A stretch of DNA of 32,645 bases, taken from an uncultured Burkholderiales bacterium (GTDB lineage Bacteria; Pseudomonadota; Gammaproteobacteria; Burkholderiales; Usitatibacteraceae). The position numbers and the translations under genes are program-made. The stretch lies in the NCBI GenBank assembly GCA_964431425.1, contig CAYSKY010000001.1, forward strand, positions 1 to 32,645, in the 5' to 3' direction. The notes beneath the pieces are model-generated. The model searched no databases. It was not told the DNA's origin and saw only the letters and a program-made list of their open reading frames with translations. The stretch's first letter is position 1; every line of letters begins with the position of its first letter. This document shows, in pieces, positions 1 through 7,490 of the stretch.

Positions 1-1227
1 GGACAGAAGCACGACGTGGTGGTGGTCAATTTCGTCGACCGCAGCAACGAAGCCGACGCTCGCGTCTATCAGTTGTTGGCTGAAAAATTCCAATTGTTCG
101 AGGGCGTCTTTGGCGCCAGCGACGAAGTGCTTGGCGCAATTGGCTCCGGCGTGGACTTCGAGCGCCGCATCGCCGACATCTACCAGAATTGCCGCGAACC
201 TGAAGCGATCAAAGCCAGCTTCGAGCAGTTGCAGCTCGATTTGTCGGGCGAAATATCCGAGGCGATGGTCAAGACCCGGCAACTGCTGCTGGAGAATTTT
301 GATGAAGACGTCCAGGACAAGCTCCGGGTGAGTGCCGCGGACAGCCGCTCCGCGTTGAACCGCTATGAGCGGATGTTGATGGACCTGACCGAAGCCGAAC
401 TCAGTGACTTCGCAATTTTCGATCAAGACGGATTTACGCTGACTCGCTCTCCCAGCGCCGAACTCGACAGCGTCGATCTCGGTCGCTATGAACTGCCGCG
501 CCGCAGCGGTGAAGCACACCTCTACCGTGTTGGCCACCCGCTTGCCGTGTGGATTATTGAACAAACCAAGGCGCGAGAGCTATCCCACGCACGGCTTGTG
601 TTCGACTATGACCGCTACGGTATCCAAGTCACGACGCTTAAGGCCTATCGTGGGCAGACCGGCTGGCTCTCCGTCAGCCTGCTCTCCGTTGCCGCGCTCG
701 GCCAGCAGGAACAGCATCTAATCGTGTCCGCCACCACGGCAGGCGGTGTCGCGTTGGCCGAGGACGATCCGGAGAGGTTGCTGCGGTTTCCGGCACAACT
801 GCAAACCGCCGGCCTCTTCACCGCGGGCGATGGCGCGCTGACCGCGGACGCGGAAGCACGCAAGCAACACCTGTTGCGCGAAATCAACCAGCGCAACCTC
901 GGCTACTTCCAGCAGGAGGTCGAGAAGCTCGATGCCTGGGCAGATGACCTGAAGCTCGGCCTCGAGCAGGAAATCAAAGCGATCGATGTCGAGATCAAGG
1001 AAGTGCGCCGCACCGCAGCCGTCTCACCGGCGCTGGAAGAGAAGCTTGCCCACCAGAAGCGCCAGCGCGAACTGGAAGGCAAACGCACCAAGTTGCGCCG
1101 CGAACTGTTCAACCGTCAGGACGAAGTCGAGGCCCAGCGCAACGATCTGATTACCCAATTGGAAAAGCAACTGCAACAACAGGTCGAAGAACGCGTATTG
1201 TTCACGATCGAATGGGAGTTGCAATAA
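1..1227 (+). CDS. SNF2/DEAD-like helicase, C-terminal fragment (5' end lies outside the window)
   Basis: The frame is open from nt 1 (GQKHDVVVVNFVDRSNEADARVYQLLAEKFQLFEGVFGASDEVLG), so it starts inside a helicase motif VI-like ...GQ segment. A long Glu/Lys/Gln-rich coiled-coil-like tail follows. The TAA stop (1225-1227) overlaps the next ATG (1227). Confidence 0.7.
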   Translation, partial: GQKHDVVVVNFVDRSNEADARVYQLLAEKFQLFEGVFGASDEVLGAIGSGVDFERRIADIYQNCREPEAIKASFEQLQLDLSGEISEAMVKTRQLLLENFDEDVQDKLRVSAADSRSALNRYERMLMDLTEAELSDFAIFDQDGFTLTRSPSAELDSVDLGRYELPRRSGEAHLYRVGHPLAVWIIEQTKARELSHARLVFDYDRYGIQVTTLKAYRGQTGWLSVSLLSVAALGQQEQHLIVSATTAGGVALAEDDPERLLRFPAQLQTAGLFTAGDGALTADAEARKQHLLREINQRNLGYFQQEVEKLDAWADDLKLGLEQEIKAIDVEIKEVRRTAAVSPALEEKLAHQKRQRELEGKRTKLRRELFNRQDEVEAQRNDLITQLEKQLQQQVEERVLFTIEWELQ

Positions 1228-2114
1228 TGCCGAAGAAAAATGAAGTGACGATCGCGGGAAAGTCGTTTGAAGAGCTGAAACAGGTCAATGAATACGGTGC
1301 GGAATATTGGAGCGCGCGCGCCCTGCAACCCATGCTGGGTTACAGCCAGTGGCGGCGTTTCGAGCAGGCCATCGAACGTGCCATAACCTCCTGTAAAGAA
1401 TCGGGAAATCCGCCTGAGCATCACTTTGCCGGCGCCGGCAAACCGATCACCGGGGGCAAAGGTGCCATCCAGGTGGTGGATGACTACCAGCTCTCCCGCT
1501 TCGCCTGCTACCTCATCGCCCAGAATGGCGATCCGCGCAAGCCAGAAATCGCCCGGGCGCAGCAATACTTTGCCATCCAGACCCGCCGCCAAGAGCTTTC
1601 CGATCAGTTGTCAGCAGACATGGAGCGGCTGGAGCTTCGCAAACAAACCTCCGAAGAATTCAAGGCATTGTCCGGCGCTGCGCAAGATGCCGGGGTGCAA
1701 AGCAGAATGTTCGGCGTGTTCCACGATGCGGGCTACAAGGGCCTTTATGGCGGCCTGGGGCGCGAGTCCATCAAGCAACGCAAGTCCATTCCCGAAAAAG
1801 ACAATTTGCTCGACCGGATGAACGCAACCGAACTGGCTGCCAACCAGTTCCGCATGACCCAAACCCGCGACAAGCTGGCGCGCGACAATATTCGCAACCA
1901 GTCCCACGCGATACAGACCCATGAGAACGTCGGCAAGGAAGTGCGCGATGCCATCAAGCGCATTGGCGGCACATTGCCGGAGCAGATTCCGCCTGCCGAG
2001 CACATCAAGGAAGTTGAAAAGCGGGTCAAGACTGCGACCCCGAAGCTGACGCTAGATGAGCGTGAAGCCGGTGGCTTATTAGGTGATGCGACCGATAAGT
2101 ACAAGGATAAGTGA
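1227..2114 (+). CDS. dinD: DNA damage-inducible protein D (DinD) family protein
   Basis: The N-terminus FEELKQVNEYGAEYWSARALQPMLGYSQWRRFEQAIERAITSCKESG...HF and the segment DYQLSRFACYLIAQNGDPRKPEIARAQQYF match the DinD family as I remember it. I prefer the ATG at 1227 (TAATG overlap with the upstream stop) over the track start at 1212. Confidence 0.75.
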   Translation: MPKKNEVTIAGKSFEELKQVNEYGAEYWSARALQPMLGYSQWRRFEQAIERAITSCKESGNPPEHHFAGAGKPITGGKGAIQVVDDYQLSRFACYLIAQNGDPRKPEIARAQQYFAIQTRRQELSDQLSADMERLELRKQTSEEFKALSGAAQDAGVQSRMFGVFHDAGYKGLYGGLGRESIKQRKSIPEKDNLLDRMNATELAANQFRMTQTRDKLARDNIRNQSHAIQTHENVGKEVRDAIKRIGGTLPEQIPPAEHIKEVEKRVKTATPKLTLDEREAGGLLGDATDKYKDK

Positions 2115-2168
2115 GGCGAGCCATGACCGAACCCACCATCACCTGCCCGCACTGCAAAACCGAAATCA
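2101..2168. repeat. Copy 1 of a duplicated gene junction (dinD 3' end plus DUF2130 5' end)
   Basis: acaaggataagtgaggcgagccatgaccgaacccaccatcacctgcccgcactgcaaaac... aligns without gaps to 3456-3523. I counted 48 of the first 60 positions identical. Confidence 0.8.
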
Positions 2169-3469
2169 AGCTCACTGAATCGCTGGCGGCGCCGCTGATC
2201 GAATCCACCCGCAGGCAATTCGAGCAACAACTCGCGCAGAAGGACAGCGACATTGCCACGCGCGAGCACGCCATGCGCGAGAAGGAAAAACTGCTGGCCG
2301 ATGCCAAAAACAAACTTGGAGAACAAGTCGCCGATCAGGTTGAAGCGCAACTGAAACAAGATCGAACCCGAATCGCGGCGGAGGAGGCCAAGAAAGCCAA
2401 GCAGGCCGCCGCAACCGACCTTGACCAGAAAACCCGTGAAGTCGCCGACCTGCAGGAAGTGCTGAAAAGCCGTGAAGAAAAACTTGCCGAGGCACAGAAT
2501 GCGCAGGCCGAGCTGATCGTAAAACAGCGGGAACTGGACGATGCCAAGCGTGAACTCGAACTCACCGTTCAAAAGCGCGTGCAGGAAGGACTCGACGCCA
2601 CCCGCCAGCAAGCCAAGAAAGAAGCCGAGGATGAACAAAGGCTCAAGGTAATGGAGAAGGAGCAGACCATTGCCGCGATGCAGAAACAGATCGAAGACCT
2701 CAAGCGCCGGGCCGAACAGGGCTCACAGCAATTGCAGGGCGAAGTGCAGGAACTGGAACTTGAAAACCTGTTGCGCGCCAAATTTCCGTTCGATGCGATC
2801 GAGCCGGTACCCAAAGGCGAATATGGCGGGGATGTGCTGCACCGTGTCGTCGGCACGAGCGGCCAATCCGGCGGCACCATCTTGTGGGAATTCAAACGTA
2901 CCAAGAACTGGAGCGACGCCTGGCTGGTAAAACTTCGCGATGATCAGCGGACGGCGAAGGCAGAGATCGCCGTGATCGTGAGCCAGGTATTGCCGAAAGG
3001 TGTGGAAACCTTTGAGATGGTGGAGGGAGTGTGGGTCACACACCCGCGCGCCGCGTTGCCGGTTGCGATGATTTTGCGGCAGTCTTTGCTGGAGCTTGCG
3101 CTTGCGCGGCAGGTCACCGAAGGTCAGCAAACCAAAACCGAAATGGTCTACCAGTACCTCACCGGCCCGCGGTTTCGCCAGCGCGTGGAAGCCATCGTCG
3201 AAGCGTTTTCCACCATGCAGGAAGACCTCGATAAGGAAAAGAAAGCTATCACCAAAAATTGGGCGAAGCGGGAAGAACAGATTGCGCGGGTAATGGGTGC
3301 GACGGTGGGGATGTATGGGGATTTGCAGGGGATTGCGGGGAAGTCGCTGCAGGAGATTGAGGGGCTTGAGCTTTCTGCATTGGAAGCCCCGGTTGCGAGT
3401 AATACCAATTACACTGACCCCAAAAATGCTCGGCAGGGTGATGCGATCGACACGCACAAGGATTGGTGA
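2123..3469 (+). CDS. DUF2130-family protein: N-terminal CxxC zinc-ribbon-like motif, long coiled coil, C-terminal PD-(D/E)xK-like region
   Basis: MTEPTITCPHCKTEIKLTESLAAPLIE is the N-terminus I recognise for DUF2130. About 200 aa of Glu/Lys/Gln/Ala-rich heptad-like sequence follows. The C-terminal GDVLH...ILWEFKRTK fits a D...ExK nuclease motif. The ATG at 2123 lies 8 nt after the dinD stop. Confidence 0.7.
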   Translation: MTEPTITCPHCKTEIKLTESLAAPLIESTRRQFEQQLAQKDSDIATREHAMREKEKLLADAKNKLGEQVADQVEAQLKQDRTRIAAEEAKKAKQAAATDLDQKTREVADLQEVLKSREEKLAEAQNAQAELIVKQRELDDAKRELELTVQKRVQEGLDATRQQAKKEAEDEQRLKVMEKEQTIAAMQKQIEDLKRRAEQGSQQLQGEVQELELENLLRAKFPFDAIEPVPKGEYGGDVLHRVVGTSGQSGGTILWEFKRTKNWSDAWLVKLRDDQRTAKAEIAVIVSQVLPKGVETFEMVEGVWVTHPRAALPVAMILRQSLLELALARQVTEGQQTKTEMVYQYLTGPRFRQRVEAIVEAFSTMQEDLDKEKKAITKNWAKREEQIARVMGATVGMYGDLQGIAGKSLQEIEGLELSALEAPVASNTNYTDPKNARQGDAIDTHKDW

Positions 3470-3523
3470 AGTTAGTCATGACCGAACCTGCTATCAGCTG
3501 CCCGCACAACAAAACAGATCACG
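3456..3523. repeat. Copy 2 of the duplicated junction (DUF2130 3' end plus a decayed second DUF2130-like 5' end)
   Basis: acaaggattggtgaagttagtcatgaccgaacctgctatcagctgcccgcacaacaaaac... The ATG at 3478 opens only a 31-codon frame (MTEPAISCPHNKTD...) in which the CPHC motif has decayed to CPHN. Confidence 0.8.
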
Positions 3524-3527
3524 CACA

Positions 3528-4415
3528 ATGCCGCGCTTCGCCTGCTCTCTTCATTCGTTGGATGCTGGCGTGAGCCGGGAGCTAATTAGTAAAGCAACTC
3601 GTAACGAATTCCGCGAGGTATTGGTTGGCTTCACGCTCCGGGAGATTGACATGATATTTGAGGCCGCTCACTTGGCGCCCCGGGCGGATTATCAGCCGCC
3701 GGTCAGCGGTCAACGCCGCAGCCTCGTCGAGCAATACTACGCGAGCCTTGATTTCAGTTCGCAGCAAGATGTACGCAAGCTTCTTGGCGCGTACGAGGAG
3801 TTGATCGAACAACTCCAGCAATCACAGTCGCGTGCGATAAATCCGGAGGCAGTGGGGGGCACAATCGAAACGCTTTTGCGACGAATGGAGCGCGAGGGCT
3901 TCACTCTTCAATCAGGGCGCTTCGTTTCAACTAAACCACGGACATCGCTCGTTGAAGTCGCCGCAACCATTGCCTTGTCCGAAGAAAGTATTACGGAGCA
4001 CCTGGAGAAAGCCCGCGCAAAAGTCGAGACTGGGGACCATGCAGGCGCGATCGCCAGCGCGTACACGCTTGTGGAGGAGTTTCTTAAAGAGCTGCTTCGA
4101 AAGACCAATACACCATTCAATGAAAATGAGGGTGACCTTCGGGCGCTCTACAAGGTTATCGCGACACCGCTCAATCTTGACCCGAAGGGCGATCACCTGG
4201 AGAAGTATTTGAAGGCCATCATTGACGGCCTTCAGCGGCAGATAGGCGGGCTATACGAGGTAGCCAACAAAGCAAGTGACCGACATGCGCGGCGCTATAA
4301 CCCAGCCAAACATCACGCAAAACTTGCGGTTAATACTGCCTTCACGCTGTGCGAGTTTCTCCTTGAGTCATACGAGTATCAACAAAGACGTAGGGAAATT
4401 GGGCGAATATCATGA
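3528..4415 (+). CDS. Abortive infection family protein (Abi_C-like C-terminal domain)
   Basis: The C-terminal half (AGAIASAYTLVEEFLKELL...LYKVIATPLNLDP...LYEVANKASDRHARRYNPAKHHAKLAVNTAFTLCEFLLE) resembles the Abi C-terminus family (PF14355) from memory. I chose the ATG at 3528 because the track extension from 3297 overlaps the DUF2130 gene. Confidence 0.55.
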   Translation: MPRFACSLHSLDAGVSRELISKATRNEFREVLVGFTLREIDMIFEAAHLAPRADYQPPVSGQRRSLVEQYYASLDFSSQQDVRKLLGAYEELIEQLQQSQSRAINPEAVGGTIETLLRRMEREGFTLQSGRFVSTKPRTSLVEVAATIALSEESITEHLEKARAKVETGDHAGAIASAYTLVEEFLKELLRKTNTPFNENEGDLRALYKVIATPLNLDPKGDHLEKYLKAIIDGLQRQIGGLYEVANKASDRHARRYNPAKHHAKLAVNTAFTLCEFLLESYEYQQRRREIGRIS

Positions 4416-4519
4416 ATACCTGGATGCGATGCCTCGAACGCACTTGGATTCATAACTTGATCGCGCGCGGTTGTCTGAACGCTAACCGATTGACCAAGCA
4501 ATAAACTCAAGAGGCAAAC

Positions 4520-5785
4520 ATGCAAATTTTCTCCCTTCACAGTGGCGCCAACTGGATAGCAACGAAACCAGCGCAAGATGCTTTGCAGGACGGCGAAAAA
4601 GAAGAGCGTGACCCCGCGAAGGATGAAATCAAGCGTGTCCTCTCCGATTGCTTTCGCTGCAATAATCTGGTCGTCCTAGCAGGACTCGGTGCTTCGCTAC
4701 ACGTAAATGCTGAATGGGGTGCGGGTGGGCGCGTGCCAGTCGGCGGAAAGAAGATTGCACCAACAATGCCCGATCTCTGGCAGAAGGCCGAAGCCAAGAG
4801 CGGTGCCAATTTTAGTCAAGTCATAAGTCTGACAAGATTCCCAAAGGACGATCCCAATTTCAAAGGCAATATTGAAGCCCTCCTGTCGTATTGCAAAATT
4901 GGAGGTGAATTTAATGAAGGGGTCAACAAGACTCTTATTTCAACCTTCATTACCGACACCGAAGAAATAATCCGCAGTGAAGTTGATTTTCTGACTGCTG
5001 ATGATGGTGTCGAAGTGCATTCCGAGCTGCTTAGGAAGATTGCAAGAAGGTCAAATCGCAAGATTCGCACCAAGATTTTTACGACGAACTATGACCTCTG
5101 CTTTGAATATGCGGCCAGATATGGTCGGCATGTCGCAATCGATGGCTTCTCTCATTCCAGCCCGCAAGTCTTTGACAGCATATATTTCTCATATGACATC
5201 GTAAAACGGGAGGCCAGCCCCGATAGCCATGACTTCATTTCAAATGTTTTTCATTTGTACAAATTGCATGGATCTATAGACTGGGAAAAGAACACCACGA
5301 CCAATGAAATTCAGCGCGTTCCAGGTACCAAGAATCCCGTTCTGGTCTATCCGCGAAACACAAAGTACGAGTTGGCTTTTGAGCAGCCATACATCGAAAT
5401 GATGTCAGCGTTTCAAACGGCAATTCGCCAACCGGAAACGGCGTTGTTGGTGGTCGGATTCGGATTCAATGACAACCATCTAGCGGAACCGATACTTTCC
5501 GCTATTCGTTCCAATCTAAATCTGAAGGTCGTTATCTGTGACCCAGCATTGGCGCCCAAATCCGATCCAGAGCCAGCGAAAAATTCGGCGGGTTCAGCAG
5601 AGCTGAACCCGCATCTTAAAAAACTTGCTTATCTCATAAGCAAAGGGGATGCACGGTTGTCGCTCATTAATGGAACGTTCCAAGAGCTCGTTCCCGTACT
5701 GCCGGACATCGCGGCACTTACCGATCTTGAACAACATATGGATCGGGTAAGGCAGTTGCGGGGGCAAGAAAATGGCCAACAGTAA
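4520..5785 (+). CDS. SIR2-like (SIR2_2) protein, the SIR2 partner of a SIR2-HerA defence pair
   Basis: Motifs seen: NLVVLAGLGASL, IFTTNYDLCFEYAA, LYKLHGSIDW and LLVVGFGFNDNHL. The ATG at 4520 is preceded by AAGAGG. The 3' end overlaps the herA-like start by 14 nt. Confidence 0.8.
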   Translation: MQIFSLHSGANWIATKPAQDALQDGEKEERDPAKDEIKRVLSDCFRCNNLVVLAGLGASLHVNAEWGAGGRVPVGGKKIAPTMPDLWQKAEAKSGANFSQVISLTRFPKDDPNFKGNIEALLSYCKIGGEFNEGVNKTLISTFITDTEEIIRSEVDFLTADDGVEVHSELLRKIARRSNRKIRTKIFTTNYDLCFEYAARYGRHVAIDGFSHSSPQVFDSIYFSYDIVKREASPDSHDFISNVFHLYKLHGSIDWEKNTTTNEIQRVPGTKNPVLVYPRNTKYELAFEQPYIEMMSAFQTAIRQPETALLVVGFGFNDNHLAEPILSAIRSNLNLKVVICDPALAPKSDPEPAKNSAGSAELNPHLKKLAYLISKGDARLSLINGTFQELVPVLPDIAALTDLEQHMDRVRQLRGQENGQQ

Positions 5786-7490
5786 GCCGCTTGCCACAAG
5801 CCCATTTGATCCTAGTCGATATATCGGCTCGGTGATCTTCGTCAGCCCGGACGCCGCAAAGATCAACCTTCCTTATGCGGCGAGTGTTTCCGCCAAGCAA
5901 TATGCCGGCTACCCTGTACTTGGAGGCCAGGTAGGTGAATTTGTTTTCATCGAGGGAGAAGAACACGCCGTGCTTGGCCGGATCACAGAGGTTCGATTGC
6001 CAGATAACGAGCGGTTGAATGCGGAACCGGCACTTGGCAAAACACCAGACGCGCACCCAATCGGTTTCGTACAACTTCTGACGACCCTTGAGCTATCCGG
6101 TGGAAAGGTGATCTCCGGAATTCCTCAACATCCACGAATTGGACAGCATGTTTTCTCCGCGCACCCGCTACTGGTTAAGCATGTTGTTGAAGGCAACAAC
6201 GTCAATAAGACAGGGATGATCGAACTGGCAACAACGACGCAGGAATCGCGCACCAGCGTGAATGTGGCGCCGGGCCAATTGCTTGGTCGTCATTGCGCAG
6301 TTCTGGGCGCTACCGGCGGCGGCAAAAGCTGGACAGTTGCGAGAATCGTGCAAGAAATTGCCAGAATTGGGGGAAGGGTCATTCTTGTTGACCCGACAGG
6401 CGAATTCCACACGTATGACGATGGAGTCGAACACATATTTCTTGGCGGCGAGAAAAGGAGCCCGGACGATAAACAAACGGTTAGCTTCCCATATTGGAAT
6501 CTAACCGAACTTGACCTTTTTGCGATTTTTCAACCAAGCGGTGCGTCACAAACGCCGAAGCTTCGAGAAGCGCTGACAAGTCTCAAACTATCCTATTTAC
6601 AGAATGGTGAAGATAACCCGCAAAACATAATAAAAAGAAATGCTGTAAAGCGGGATTTTAGAAATGAATGTGTTCGGAATGAAGCGGTAATTGATGGCTT
6701 CGGCGCAAAATATCACATAAGACTCTTGCCTCGCCAAATCATAGAGGAGTGCGTACACGAATCCGGCGGCACGAGAAACAGTCCTGATCATACAATTTGG
6801 GGGGATTACAACGAGCAAGTCCGCGGATACTGCGAAACACTGGTCTCCAAGATTCATTCAATTACGCGTTCAAAGGCGCTTCGCTGTCTATTTGCGCCGC
6901 AAGAATTTGAATCCTTGACTGACAAAATTGACCAGTTCTTGCTCTCGGATAAGCACGTTCTTCGAGTGTCGATGCAAGACCTGTCGTTTGAACACAACGC
7001 GAGGGAACTGCTTACGAATGCACTTGGCAGATACCTTCTAACAAAGGCGCGAGAGCGAGTTTTTCAAACAAAGCCCACGGTTGTTATTCTCGACGAAGCT
7101 CATCAATTTTTGAATAAGAATATTGGTGATGAAAATAACCGAGTGCAACTTGATGCTTTTGGTCTCATCGCAAAAGAAGGCCGCAAATATGGCCTGACTA
7201 CCATTCTCGCAACACAGCGGCCAAGAGACATACCTGAAGACGTGTTAAGTCAAATGGGCATGTTTGTCGTGCACCGCCTGATCAATGAGAAAGACCGCCA
7301 AGTTGTCGAAAGTGCGTGTGGAAATCTAGATGCATCGGCGGCAGCGTTTCTGCCGACGCTAGGCCAAGGCGAGGCCATCCTCGTTGGGGTCGATTTTCCA
7401 ATGCCAACTCCAGTGAAGATAATTGAGCCTATCCGTACGCCCATATCAAAAGGACCGGATTATGCGAAGTATTGGAATACCGCAGAATGA
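5772..7490 (+). CDS. HerA-like (DUF87) ATPase/helicase of the SIR2-HerA pair
   Basis: Walker A is AVLGATGGGKSWTV and Walker B is PTVVILDEAHQF. Also seen: GLTTILATQRPRDI and an N-terminal barrel-like region. The TGA stop (7488-7490) overlaps the mod ATG (7487) as ATGA. Confidence 0.8.
   Translation: MANSKPLATSPFDPSRYIGSVIFVSPDAAKINLPYAASVSAKQYAGYPVLGGQVGEFVFIEGEEHAVLGRITEVRLPDNERLNAEPALGKTPDAHPIGFVQLLTTLELSGGKVISGIPQHPRIGQHVFSAHPLLVKHVVEGNNVNKTGMIELATTTQESRTSVNVAPGQLLGRHCAVLGATGGGKSWTVARIVQEIARIGGRVILVDPTGEFHTYDDGVEHIFLGGEKRSPDDKQTVSFPYWNLTELDLFAIFQPSGASQTPKLREALTSLKLSYLQNGEDNPQNIIKRNAVKRDFRNECVRNEAVIDGFGAKYHIRLLPRQIIEECVHESGGTRNSPDHTIWGDYNEQVRGYCETLVSKIHSITRSKALRCLFAPQEFESLTDKIDQFLLSDKHVLRVSMQDLSFEHNARELLTNALGRYLLTKARERVFQTKPTVVILDEAHQFLNKNIGDENNRVQLDAFGLIAKEGRKYGLTTILATQRPRDIPEDVLSQMGMFVVHRLINEKDRQVVESACGNLDASAAAFLPTLGQGEAILVGVDFPMPTPVKIIEPIRTPISKGPDYAKYWNTAE

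Noticed and set aside
1745-2638. 297-aa minus-strand ORF antisense to dinD and DUF2130. Similar long antisense or out-of-frame ORFs occur at 2723-3457, 9463-10203, 10237-11376, 9168-9782, 26571-27080 and 26653-27165.
   Set aside because: They lie entirely inside well-supported genes that have clear family motifs. Their translations are Arg/Leu/Gly/Pro-rich low-complexity sequence, typical of shadow ORFs in GC-rich coding DNA. None has a recognisable motif.
3297-3527. N-terminal extension of the Abi ORF in the track (start at 3297).
   Set aside because: It overlaps the last 170 nt of the DUF2130 gene and translates to Arg/Cys/Gly-rich sequence. The first plausible start outside that gene is the ATG at 3528.
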